A stretch of 64,000 nt of DNA from a virus (taxonomy: Duplodnaviria; Caudoviricetes). The notes below the pieces were generated by a model that was not told the DNA's origin, did not search any database, and saw only the letters and a program-made list of their open reading frames with translations. Where the stretch lies: IMG/VR virus record IMGVR_UViG_3300009709_000004, positions 1,297 to 65,296 of that record. One strand, 5' to 3'. Of the stretch, positions 1 to 8,587 are shown in pieces. Each line of letters starts with the position of its first letter. Positions within the stretch are counted from its first letter, which is position 1. A program made the translations under genes and the position numbers.

Positions 1-1
1 T

Positions 2-454
2 ACCTCGGTTATTGCTGGGGCGGATAGGCATACCGCCGCAGATGCGTTCCTGAAGTCGCAGAACGTTCCTATCTCGTTTGGTGGTTCGAAAGCCTTTTAT
101 CGAGTAGATAAGGACGAGATTGTTATGCCTGCGTTCTGTCAGTTCCACGATGCGGCAGGGTTTTATTCGACATGGTCGCATGAACTGGCGCACGCCACCG
201 GGCATGCTAGCCGGCTGGATCGGCAGTTCGGCCGGCGGTTCGGCGATGACGCATACGCCGTCGAGGAACTGGTAGCCGAGATTTCAGCGGCTTTCACCTG
301 CGCGCATTTGGGCATCAATAATGCGCCTCTACAGAACAACATCGAGTACTTGGCAGATTGGCTGCGCATCCTGAAATCAGACAAGCGCGCTATTTTCACT
401 GCGGCATCCAAAGCGCAGGCCGCGACGGATTGGCTGGTCGCACACGCCGCGTAA
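2..454 (+). CDS. ardC: ArdC-family antirestriction protein, C-terminal zincin metallopeptidase domain (5'-truncated by window edge)
   Basis: Frame is open from base 2 (…KAFYRVDKDEIVMPAF…). Contains HELAHATGH zincin motif and YAVEELVAEISAAF, both typical of the ArdC C-terminal domain. Confidence 0.85.
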   Translation, partial: TSVIAGADRHTAADAFLKSQNVPISFGGSKAFYRVDKDEIVMPAFCQFHDAAGFYSTWSHELAHATGHASRLDRQFGRRFGDDAYAVEELVAEISAAFTCAHLGINNAPLQNNIEYLADWLRILKSDKRAIFTAASKAQAATDWLVAHAA

Positions 455-509
455 AAGCGGCGGGGTTCGTCTTGTGCGGCGGGTGGTGGATGTCACACGC
501 CGCATTGCT

Positions 510-618
510 GTTTGCCGGGCCGTAGAAGCCCGTGGAAGCCGGTATCGGGGCTGTCCGGTAGGGGAGTAGCGAGGCGGTCTACGCGGGCTTCCTTGGGCTT
601 CTATGGTTGGGGAGCGGC
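510..618. repeat. Dispersed long-hairpin element, copy A
   Basis: Arms tagaagcccgtggaagcc (523-540) and ggcttccttgggcttcta (586-603). First 34 bp identical to the copy at 6984. Confidence 0.8.
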
Positions 619-2420
619 TAGTCGGTTTCCTCCTGCCAGTGCGTGCACCAGCCGAGCGGATCGATGACGCCCATGACGTGGCGGCACCGGTTTTCGCCGA
701 GGTAGTTTTGACAGTCGTCGCATATCTCGTCGCCATGCGTAGACTTGTTTTGATATTTGACTGACTTCTTTGTCAGCGTGGGTTGGTCTAGAGCCTCATC
801 TTTGGCCCTGACCGACAGCTCAGATTTTTTCGCAGCGGTATTAGATATAGCGTTGGCCGCGTCCTGCCAGCTAATCGGCGGCTGGGCTCCCGGCACCTCC
901 ATGACCGGCATATCGTCCGGGTCTAGGCCAGCGTACGGACTATCCGGGGAGTTGGCGACGCGCTGGCGGATTTCCTCGGCGGATATGGCGCCTTGCTCGG
1001 CTAGCACCGCATCCGTGTCCGCCTCCGTCTTGCGGACTGCGGCGCGGCTGGCTTCATCGAGCTGCCACAGCGGTACCCACTCGTAGGTAATTTCGGGATC
1101 GATGAAACCATATTCAGATAACTGGATAAGGTCCAAGGCATCTTTTACATGAATGTCGCAGACGTTCGCTTGTCTAGCTTGAATACTATCATAATGTACT
1201 CGTATCTCCCCTTCAGAACTCGCATTCAATCCGCTTGGGGTAATGCCGAATGCCTTGACAAGTGGAAGACCTGTTATGGAACTCATATGCTCTTGTGCTT
1301 GGGCTTGCAAGGCGTCTAGGGTACCTAGCGGGGCGGATACGTTGCCGAAACCTTCCGTATTCTTATCGATCATCAAGACGCCGCGATTATCTCTTGTCGC
1401 GGCGAATAGCTGAATACGATTGAATAGTTCGTCTGCATCGGCGGCGCCGCCTTGCAGGATGCCGAACATATTGGTTTCTAATACGTAGACCGTGAAGCTG
1501 ACTAGCAGGTCGGTAACCGCCTGTCTCGTGCGCAACCAGTTGTCTACATACGGTTTTAGCATCTGAGTTAGTGCGATGCCGCCGAAATTATAGGCGGGTT
1601 TTAGGATGTCAGGTACCGGCCGGGAGTTGAATATCATCAGCCGGGTACTGCTGACTTCCTTTCCGTTCACAAACCATGTCTGTGGTTTGTAGTATGTTGG
1701 GTTGAGCGGGTCGCTGCTATTATAGTTATTCGGCGCGATCCATGTCGGGTCTATCGGGCGGAATGCTAGCAACTGGCCTTGGCCAATTTTTTCCTTTTTG
1801 CGAGGAAGCGGGGTTTTCAGCTCGATGACGTCATCTGTGGCTCCGGTATCGATGTATAACATACCAATACCGAAATAACCATCATGCTCAAGCGCTTGTT
1901 TGATCGCTTCCTTAAGATGGTATTTGTTTTTTTGTTTATCTGTAAGGTCTTTTACCTTTTCAGACTTTTCGTTCCCGACTGCGGATATTTTAATCCACTT
2001 TCGGGTCATTTCCTCGGCTATGATTTCAACCGGGCGTCTGTACTCGGCGCGCTGCGAAAGCTCGGCTAGATACGGGTAGCCCATAAAACCTATGCCTTCG
2101 GCAAAGGTTCCATGATATGCCGTATTCAGCCAATTATAGGTTGCAGGTGCGTTCTGATTTGTGTTCTGCCACGTATTTCCGTCCAGCGCGAGCGTGGTTT
2201 TGCCGTTCGGCAGTACTCCGGGCGCATACTGTGGAAGCTTGTACGTGTTTTGGCGCTGAAGGCGCGGATCAATCGGTTTTGCGTTGGCGTGAACTAGAGC
2301 ATCCAGAGGAATTTTAATCTGAGGTTTTTTGGTTGTGAAAGCCGGGTCTATGCGCTGCGCGGGCGGAGTTCGGTTTGCAGTTCCAAAAAGCGATTTGATG
2401 CGGTTGGTTATCTGATTCAT
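618..2420 (-). CDS. Phage portal protein (DUF1073 type) with C-terminal HiPIP-like [4Fe-4S] domain
   Basis: Directly downstream of TerL. Portal motifs GYPYLAELSQRAEYRR, EEMTRKWI, AQEHMSSITGLPLVKAFGITPSGLNASSEGE. C-terminus KYQ…CDDCQNY…CRHVMGVIDPLGWCTHW. Confidence 0.9.
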   Translation of the reverse strand: MNQITNRIKSLFGTANRTPPAQRIDPAFTTKKPQIKIPLDALVHANAKPIDPRLQRQNTYKLPQYAPGVLPNGKTTLALDGNTWQNTNQNAPATYNWLNTAYHGTFAEGIGFMGYPYLAELSQRAEYRRPVEIIAEEMTRKWIKISAVGNEKSEKVKDLTDKQKNKYHLKEAIKQALEHDGYFGIGMLYIDTGATDDVIELKTPLPRKKEKIGQGQLLAFRPIDPTWIAPNNYNSSDPLNPTYYKPQTWFVNGKEVSSTRLMIFNSRPVPDILKPAYNFGGIALTQMLKPYVDNWLRTRQAVTDLLVSFTVYVLETNMFGILQGGAADADELFNRIQLFAATRDNRGVLMIDKNTEGFGNVSAPLGTLDALQAQAQEHMSSITGLPLVKAFGITPSGLNASSEGEIRVHYDSIQARQANVCDIHVKDALDLIQLSEYGFIDPEITYEWVPLWQLDEASRAAVRKTEADTDAVLAEQGAISAEEIRQRVANSPDSPYAGLDPDDMPVMEVPGAQPPISWQDAANAISNTAAKKSELSVRAKDEALDQPTLTKKSVKYQNKSTHGDEICDDCQNYLGENRCRHVMGVIDPLGWCTHWQEETD

Positions 2421-3910
2421 TAGCGGAATTTTTGCAATACGTCAGATGCTATTCGCATTGGTGGCGCAGTAGTTTGAGTGAGATTGGTGAATGCGCCCGC
2501 TAATGCATCCACTTGGTCATCGTGTGTGGAGGCCGGAAAAGATGCGAGCTCCTCAAGGAAATCTCGGTTCCAAGCGGATTGCACGATGCCGACGTTACCG
2601 ATATTGATTTGTGCCGCAACCGGTGTTGCCCGGTTGGCCTTATTCGTATCCTCACGCTCTACGCTAACAGAATACCCAGCAAGCTTTTGTACGTAGAAAA
2701 AAGCTGTGGATTTTCCGCCAGCTCCAGGGTCTTGCGGAATGCGAATGCGGCAGAACTTGCCGTCCTGTTTGGCGGTATTAATAACCGCCGAGAGAACCTC
2801 GGCAGGATCGCCACGAAACCGAACGATATTTAGCACAACAAAACGACCATCTTGAAGTCTGCCGAGCTTCAAACCGACCGTATAATCAGGGTCGCGCCCG
2901 TTCATATTTTCGGTTGCGGCCAAATCCCAAGCTCGCACCATGCTGACACAATGGGGTGCTACGTCATACGTATGAATCGCCACCGTTTTGAATAGCGAAC
3001 CTTCTATAGGTCTAGGGCGCTGCTGATAAAGCGCGGACCATTCACGTTCTCCTACCTCGCGGCGCTTATCATTTAAGATATGCAACGGATATTCTTCAGG
3101 CCAGAGAGCTTGACCGGGCAACCTGCCGAGCGGGTCCGGGATAAATTGTCCATCCTTATCGTATTGATCTTCTGCAATAGCTGGCATGCTGATCACACGC
3201 CACTGTTTACCGCCGGAAGCCATATCTTGCAGGAGCCTGCCAGCGAGGTCATCCTCATGCCATCGGGTCTGGATCAATACGATTTTCGCACCGCTGACAA
3301 GGCGAGTTATTACTTCCGCACGCCACCATGCATGCGTAGCATTGCGGATAACCTCGCTATCAGCATCTTTGCGCCCTTTGATCGGGTCATCAACGATAAA
3401 CAGATGAGCACGACGACCGGTAATTGATCCGTCCACGCCTGCAGCTCGGTAAAGACATCCGTTCGATGTACGCCAGAGCTTGCGGCTATCGTTAAGTAAG
3501 CGAAAACCAAGCAAATCTTTATGCTTTTGAATACGCTTAATGATATTCCAGGATATATCGTTCTCTGCGTATTCCGATCCGTGACTGGCGCCTATAACTG
3601 CACGAGTTTTATAGTGACCAAACTTGTTTGGTTTGGATTGCGCCATAAACCAGATTGGAAACAAGATTGCGGCGTATAAGGTTTTCGCGTGTCCTGGCGG
3701 CATGAAGATCATCAAGCGGTCTATCTCGCCTGCGGCCAGGCTTTCCAGTTCCCGAATCATAACATCGTGGTGCGCAGCCGGGAGGTACTCCTCGTCAGCC
3801 AGTGCAGACACACACCACGCGCGAAAGCTCTTTTTGACTAGCCGACGATGTTGCTCGGCTAGGACATGTAGGTATTCTTCTAGTAGCTCGCGGTTTTCGG
3901 TATCTAACAT
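2420..3910 (-). CDS. terL: Terminase large subunit
   Basis: Walker A MPPGHAKT, Walker B FIVDDP, IQTRWHEDDLAG coupling motif, nuclease motifs RAWDLAA and HDDQVDA. Confidence 0.95.
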   Translation of the reverse strand: MLDTENRELLEEYLHVLAEQHRRLVKKSFRAWCVSALADEEYLPAAHHDVMIRELESLAAGEIDRLMIFMPPGHAKTLYAAILFPIWFMAQSKPNKFGHYKTRAVIGASHGSEYAENDISWNIIKRIQKHKDLLGFRLLNDSRKLWRTSNGCLYRAAGVDGSITGRRAHLFIVDDPIKGRKDADSEVIRNATHAWWRAEVITRLVSGAKIVLIQTRWHEDDLAGRLLQDMASGGKQWRVISMPAIAEDQYDKDGQFIPDPLGRLPGQALWPEEYPLHILNDKRREVGEREWSALYQQRPRPIEGSLFKTVAIHTYDVAPHCVSMVRAWDLAATENMNGRDPDYTVGLKLGRLQDGRFVVLNIVRFRGDPAEVLSAVINTAKQDGKFCRIRIPQDPGAGGKSTAFFYVQKLAGYSVSVEREDTNKANRATPVAAQINIGNVGIVQSAWNRDFLEELASFPASTHDDQVDALAGAFTNLTQTTAPPMRIASDVLQKFR

Positions 3911-3938
3911 AGATGCAACATTATATGCCGTATCGCGG

Positions 3939-4508
3939 CTAGCCGCGCCGTTTCTCGGCTACGCCGAGGGTACGCTCTAATTCCTCACGGCGGCGGATCA
4001 GCGCATCATCGTCTAGTAACGCAAAATTGTCAGATTCCACATTGACGTTGCGTTGTACTGGCGCACCTTCGATGCGAGACAAAAGAGCTTCGCTTGCCCT
4101 AATACGGTTTGAACCATATTCGTCCGTGGTCGCAATAGTCAGCAGATTGTCTTTTAATATCTGGACAATCTCACGGTCGCTCATTCCTGCGTGCTGTGGA
4201 CGGTTGCGCATAGGGACATACCCAGCGCGCGGTCCGCCCCAACCGGCGCCATTAGCCGGCCGATGTTCGGGATGGTCCGGATGGAGCGGCGAAGCCGGCA
4301 ATAGCTTTCCTTTGGCGCGCAACCTCTTGTCATGAGCTTTTCGTTTCTCCGTCAAGGCGATGCCGGATACGCCTTCCTCGATTTTCTTAATGGGAGGCTG
4401 GGTACCCTGATCAGTTTTCGTGATATGCGGCTTGACGCCGAAACGAAAGCGCTGCGGCGATGCATCCCGGTGCGATCCAAGATGCACGATATTATCGTCT
4501 TTTTTCAT
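3939..4508 (-). CDS. Probable terminase small subunit
   Basis: Immediately upstream of TerL, 189 aa. C-terminal LDDDALIRRREELER coiled segment typical of TerS. Mainly positional evidence. Confidence 0.5.
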   Translation of the reverse strand: MKKDDNIVHLGSHRDASPQRFRFGVKPHITKTDQGTQPPIKKIEEGVSGIALTEKRKAHDKRLRAKGKLLPASPLHPDHPEHRPANGAGWGGPRAGYVPMRNRPQHAGMSDREIVQILKDNLLTIATTDEYGSNRIRASEALLSRIEGAPVQRNVNVESDNFALLDDDALIRRREELERTLGVAEKRRG

Positions 4509-5053
4509 GCCAAAGCTACTATGCTTCTAGACACAACGGTTTCTACTTCGCGTCCAAAAATATGCATCATTATTCTAATTCTATCAGCTTTAGAATATGT
4601 GCATATAACATGTTGACCCTCATACGCGCCCGAGGTTATTATTAGCCTAGTGCCCGGGTCAATCTCAACATAACCTTTTGGTGTTTCACCAATGGATTGA
4701 ACGCGAGCTAAATGACGGAGCTGCTCAACGGATTGTTCTGAGATAGTTGCCGGGATACCAGGTTCACGCTCTAAAACGCGATATATCCCGCGCGTGCTAT
4801 AGATCGGATGCCAAGCATCCGACATCGCAAATTCTATTAAGATATAGCCGGGCAAAAGCGGACGTTGTTCAGTCCACGTTCTGTCGGGGTTCTTAAATCG
4901 TTTATGTTCTACGGGAAACGTAAGATGTAGTGCTCGGAACCCTTGATTTGTCAGATTAAATAGTGCCCGCGTTTCTTCTTTATCATGCGTCTGAGCGACA
5001 TGCCATGATCTTTTATTTCGTGCCAGGAAGCTGTCTAATCTGAATCTTTTCAC
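4505..5053 (-). CDS. NusG/RfaH-family transcription antiterminator
   Basis: NGN domain (WHVAQT…E…A…NL..QGF; PLLPGYILIEF; STRGIYRVL) plus KOW domain (PGTRLIITSGAYEG; IMMHIFGRE). Confidence 0.88.
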   Translation of the reverse strand: MKRFRLDSFLARNKRSWHVAQTHDKEETRALFNLTNQGFRALHLTFPVEHKRFKNPDRTWTEQRPLLPGYILIEFAMSDAWHPIYSTRGIYRVLEREPGIPATISEQSVEQLRHLARVQSIGETPKGYVEIDPGTRLIITSGAYEGQHVICTYSKADRIRIMMHIFGREVETVVSRSIVALA

Positions 5054-5067
5054 AACTGCATCAGACG

Positions 5068-5099
5068 GCTACCGCAGGCGGCGTACCAAGCACGCCGCC
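5068..5099 (-). promoter_or_regulatory. ops-like element (GCGGTAGC) preceded by a GC hairpin in the leader of the RfaH-like gene
   Basis: Minus strand reads GGCGGCGT-gcttggt-ACGCCGCC-T-GCGGTAGC-cgtctg. The element ends 14 nt before the GTG at 5053. E. coli ops core is GGCGGTAG. Confidence 0.6.
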
Positions 5100-5163
5100 G
5101 AGTAAGGCGATGCCGCCACTGATAGCTTCGCCATCGATCGATCGTCAAGCGCCGCGAATATCA

Positions 5164-5382
5164 TCAGTCGCGAGGTACTCGCGGCACGTACACGACCGTG
5201 GGCTCAAAGCCTAGCCGCTGCGCTAGACGCTTTGGTACCCGCTTCCTGCCCCGAACGATCTTATACATGTCACTTATGTCGATACCGTAACGACGGGCGC
5301 TCATTGGAATAGTTTCCGAGGGATGATCTGATATGTCGTCTAAGAGAGCTTCTAAAACGTCTATGTGCGAAAAAGTTTCCAT
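5164..5382 (-). CDS. Small Cro-like HTH protein
   Basis: 72 aa. SARRYGIDISDMYKIVRGRKRVPKRLAQRLG fits an HTH pattern. Confidence 0.6.
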   Translation of the reverse strand: METFSHIDVLEALLDDISDHPSETIPMSARRYGIDISDMYKIVRGRKRVPKRLAQRLGFEPTVVYVPRVPRD

Positions 5383-5439
5383 AATAAGATGCTCTATTGT
5401 AGTCTATACGTTAGACAAGTCTATACACTAAGACAAATT

Positions 5440-5553
5440 CTAGTACGGCTAGGAGAACCTAGTACGGCTAGGAGAACCTAGTACGGCTAGGAGAACCTAG
5501 TACGGCTAGGAGAACCTAGTACGGCTAGGAGAACCTAGTACGGCTAGGAGAAC
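5440..5553. repeat. Six exact tandem copies of 19-bp ctagtacggctaggagaac (iteron-like)
   Basis: Read directly from the sequence. No spacers. Followed by an AT-rich tract. Confidence 0.95.
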
Positions 5554-5665
5554 TGTGTGATTTTTTGTTTCTTTTGGCTGTTTTGTTAGTTTGTTGGCCG
5601 AGCGAGCTTGCGAGCGATGCCGACACACTAACAAAACACTTGTTTAGTATCACAAAATAGACCAT

Positions 5666-5714
5666 ATGTACCAAAAGCATGCTTTTATGACGTAAAAGCA
5701 TGCTTTTGGTACAT
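5666..5714. repeat. Perfect 22-bp inverted repeat with 5-nt loop; each arm contains the palindrome aaaagcatgctttt
   Basis: atgtaccaaaagcatgctttta-tgacg-taaaagcatgcttttggtacat. Confidence 0.95.
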
Positions 5715-5952
5715 TTTTAGCTGAATTTTTCTAATCTATATTAAAACACACTAACATTATACAAACGTGTTAGTGTTTCTACCTCGGAACAATAAGTGGT
5801 TTTGTAAATTTTTTACTTTCCTGCGCCCGCGTACGCGCCCGCGTAGTATACATGACGCGCGCGTACGCGCGGAGTTTCTTTCTCTGACTCTATGCCGTAG
5901 AGGCCGAGCTTTGGCTGGCCCTACGGCGAGGGGGCGGAAGATTAATCACTAC

Positions 5953-6009
5953 CATTGACCTTTGAAAATGCCTTCCGCCTTCGGCGTCCGGCATTTTCAA
6001 AGGTCAATG
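5953..6009. repeat. Perfect 20-bp inverted repeat with 17-nt loop
   Basis: cattgacctttgaaaatgcc … ggcattttcaaaggtcaatg. Confidence 0.9.
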
Positions 6010-6262
6010 TTAATAATTAATCTCCCACACCTCCCCGCAGAAAAGCTGTGTTTTTCAGAGGTACAAAAACCGTAGAGTCCGCGTACGCGCGTGCGAGTGC
6101 AGGCGCCCGCGTACGTGCCCGCACGCGCTCGCACGTACGTGCCCGCGCGAGAAACTTGTATAACTACCGAAATGAAACTACGCTAACCATAACAGATTAC
6201 CGGGAAACTAAAATCCTTAATCGATCGTTGAAACCGCGCTAGGTAAAGTGCTAAGGGGCGGT

Positions 6263-6538
6263 ATGATTAGGACCACGAACATGCACATTCGGGATGAAAA
6301 GCTTTTTAGCTTGTCGCAAATCGTCAAAAAGTTTGATGTCACGCTTATGACATTAACGCATTGGCGTCATGGCTCTAAGTTTAGATCACCCCTGCCGGTC
6401 ATTAAAGGATCGAACGGCAAGTCTAGACGGATACGTGTAAGATCATCTGATCTTAAGAGTTGGCTGGAAATAAATAGACCTGATTTGTTACCTCGCTTCG
6501 AGGAAATGTGTGATGACCGATCTGCCGGACATAAATGA
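6263..6538 (+). CDS. Excisionase/AlpA/MerR-like HTH DNA-binding protein
   Basis: LFSLSQIVKKFDVTLMTLTHWRHG…LP…RVRSSDLKSWL. Start codon uncertain (6248, 6263 or 6281). Confidence 0.65.
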   Translation: MIRTTNMHIRDEKLFSLSQIVKKFDVTLMTLTHWRHGSKFRSPLPVIKGSNGKSRRIRVRSSDLKSWLEINRPDLLPRFEEMCDDRSAGHK

Positions 6539-6977
6539 CCTTACGGTTGAACAGCAGCGCATGCTGATGGATCGCCTCGCATACAAGCTGCAAGACGTAA
6601 AAGTCTCGCATCGACGCGAACACGTAGCGGTGTGGAACGCGATTTGTGATAACGTGGACACGGATAAGCGCCTGCTACCGCCGCTAGAGGTATTTGTCCG
6701 AACCTACGGCGCGCAACGTTATATCGCGCGGGCTGAAGTGTTCCTTGATTTTGTCCGCGAGTCGAGCAAATCGACTAATCGGGCCGTGCGCGCCGGTCTT
6801 ATGAACCTTGTGGCGGAATGCCTGGCAACGGAGGTGCGGCGAGCGGGCAGATCTGCCACGCCGAAAACGCTGCTAGACATGATTAGCCACATACAGGGGG
6901 CCGTAAACCGCAGTTTTCCCGGCTACGCCGCCGCCGGGATGCTTGAGCGCGCCATCCTGCCTAGAGCGCGCGCCTAG
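6510..6977 (+). CDS. Hypothetical protein
   Basis: 155-aa ORF overlapping the upstream gene. No recognised motif. Confidence 0.6.
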   Translation: MMTDLPDINDLTVEQQRMLMDRLAYKLQDVKVSHRREHVAVWNAICDNVDTDKRLLPPLEVFVRTYGAQRYIARAEVFLDFVRESSKSTNRAVRAGLMNLVAECLATEVRRAGRSATPKTLLDMISHIQGAVNRSFPGYAAAGMLERAILPRARA

Positions 6978-6983
6978 AGTGCC

Positions 6984-7092
6984 GTTTGCCGGGCCGTAGA
7001 AGCCCGTGGAAGCCGGTGTCGTGGTTGGCCGGTGGATTGTAGCGGAAAAGGCCGCACCGGCTTCCACGGGCTTCTATGACGGTTGGAGCGGC
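6984..7092. repeat. Dispersed long-hairpin element, copy B
   Basis: Perfect 22-bp arms tagaagcccgtggaagccggtg (6997-7018) and caccggcttccacgggcttcta (7055-7076). Confidence 0.85.
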
Positions 7093-7441
7093 AGCCCAGT
7101 GCATATATTATATTTAGCGGCGGGTTTGACCTCTAATCAGAATTTTGGGCGCAAAAAATAATGTTGACGTTCGATCGCGGGCGCTGTCTGTAGTGCTTGC
7201 AGGGACGCGATGCTTACGGCGGACATCCTCCCGCATGCGGTTATATAACTCGCATGTTTTATCCGCCTATATGGGTCTGACAGTCCGCGAACGCGAGCAT
7301 TAAACGGGGGGTGATGATGTAGTCTAGAGCAGCGCGGTGCGCGCAGTAATTAAAATTTGATCTACATCGACATCGGCCTGACGACCTTGGGAGCTATCCG
7401 CACTGCGGATAGCTGTCACAAAGAGATGAGAAAAGGCAGAC

Positions 7442-8587
7442 ATGGAAAGCAACAAAGCTTTCCATGTCTGTTTTGTATGTAAAGCGTGGCAGCCCTGGAT
7501 CGAACACCACATGGAACGTCCGTTTATTTATTACAAAACAAATCTTGGGCGAATGATATGCGCAGATTCGAGATACGTATTAAAACATTTTGGGACTAGC
7601 TCGGTTGATCTTGTTATGACCAGCCCGCCGTTCGCGCTGTTGAGCCAAAAAGAGTACGGAAATGTATCTTCTAGCGAATATTTAGAATGGTTTCGGCCGT
7701 TCGCGCTAGAGATATTTCGTTGTCTAAAAGACTCCGGCAGCTTTGTCATAGACTTAGGCGGCGCTTGGAACAAAAAATTGCCGACAAAAAGCTTGTACAA
7801 TTTCAAAATTCTTATTATGTTATGCGAGGAAATCGGCTTCAGTTTAGCCCAGGATTTTTATTGGTATAATCCCGTCACCGTGCCCGGCCCCGCAGAATGG
7901 ACATCAAAGCGCCGGATCAGGGGGAAGTCAGCGGTTAATACGATTTGGTGGCTGTCAAAGACAGAATGGCCGAAAGCAAGCAATGTGCGTGTAGCTTGGC
8001 CATATTCGGATGCTATGGTAGATTTAATTAACCGGGGCAAAAAATTCAGGGAAAAACATCCATCCGGGCACGCGTTTTCAAATTCCATTAGGTCGGATAA
8101 TGGGGCAAGCATCTGTCCTAACTTAATCGCGGTTGCAAATAACGAAGCTAATAGTTTTTACCAGAAGTACTGCGACGAGCAAAAAATAAACGCACATCCT
8201 GCTAGATTTCCTGAAGCCATTCCGGAATTTTTTATCCGGATGCTGACGGATCGAGATGATATCGTGGTTGATCCGTTCGCAGGCAGCTGCGTGACGGGCG
8301 CGGTTGCGCAGCAACATGGTCGGAAATGGTTTTGTATTGATACTAACTCTGATTATCTGCGCGGCGCCGTCGGTCGATTTACACATCAAAACGACGCGAA
8401 AATAAAAAATCGCGGCGATTTTACTGCAGATGATTATTACAAAATTCCGCGACCTGATTTGTTATGGAACCGCCCGAACGGTGACAATTTACCCCGTCCT
8501 GGCACTCTATGGTATGATTCTTCCGATAATATGTTACCGCTTGACGGTGGAAAAAACTATAAACCGCGGCCAAGAAAAAAACGATGA
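7442..8587 (+). CDS. DNA cytosine-N4 methyltransferase (M.PvuII-like, beta class)
   Basis: Motif IV DLVMTSPPF before motif I VVDPFAGS, plus HPARFP. The start may be 7511. Confidence 0.9.
   Translation: MESNKAFHVCFVCKAWQPWIEHHMERPFIYYKTNLGRMICADSRYVLKHFGTSSVDLVMTSPPFALLSQKEYGNVSSSEYLEWFRPFALEIFRCLKDSGSFVIDLGGAWNKKLPTKSLYNFKILIMLCEEIGFSLAQDFYWYNPVTVPGPAEWTSKRRIRGKSAVNTIWWLSKTEWPKASNVRVAWPYSDAMVDLINRGKKFREKHPSGHAFSNSIRSDNGASICPNLIAVANNEANSFYQKYCDEQKINAHPARFPEAIPEFFIRMLTDRDDIVVDPFAGSCVTGAVAQQHGRKWFCIDTNSDYLRGAVGRFTHQNDAKIKNRGDFTADDYYKIPRPDLLWNRPNGDNLPRPGTLWYDSSDNMLPLDGGKNYKPRPRKKR

Noticed and set aside
1-3000. Apparent excess of CTAG
   Set aside because: A rough count in the first 3 kb is about what base composition predicts, so there is no evidence of enrichment.
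5440-5553. CRISPR array
   Set aside because: The repeats are head-to-tail with no spacers, and no cas genes are present.
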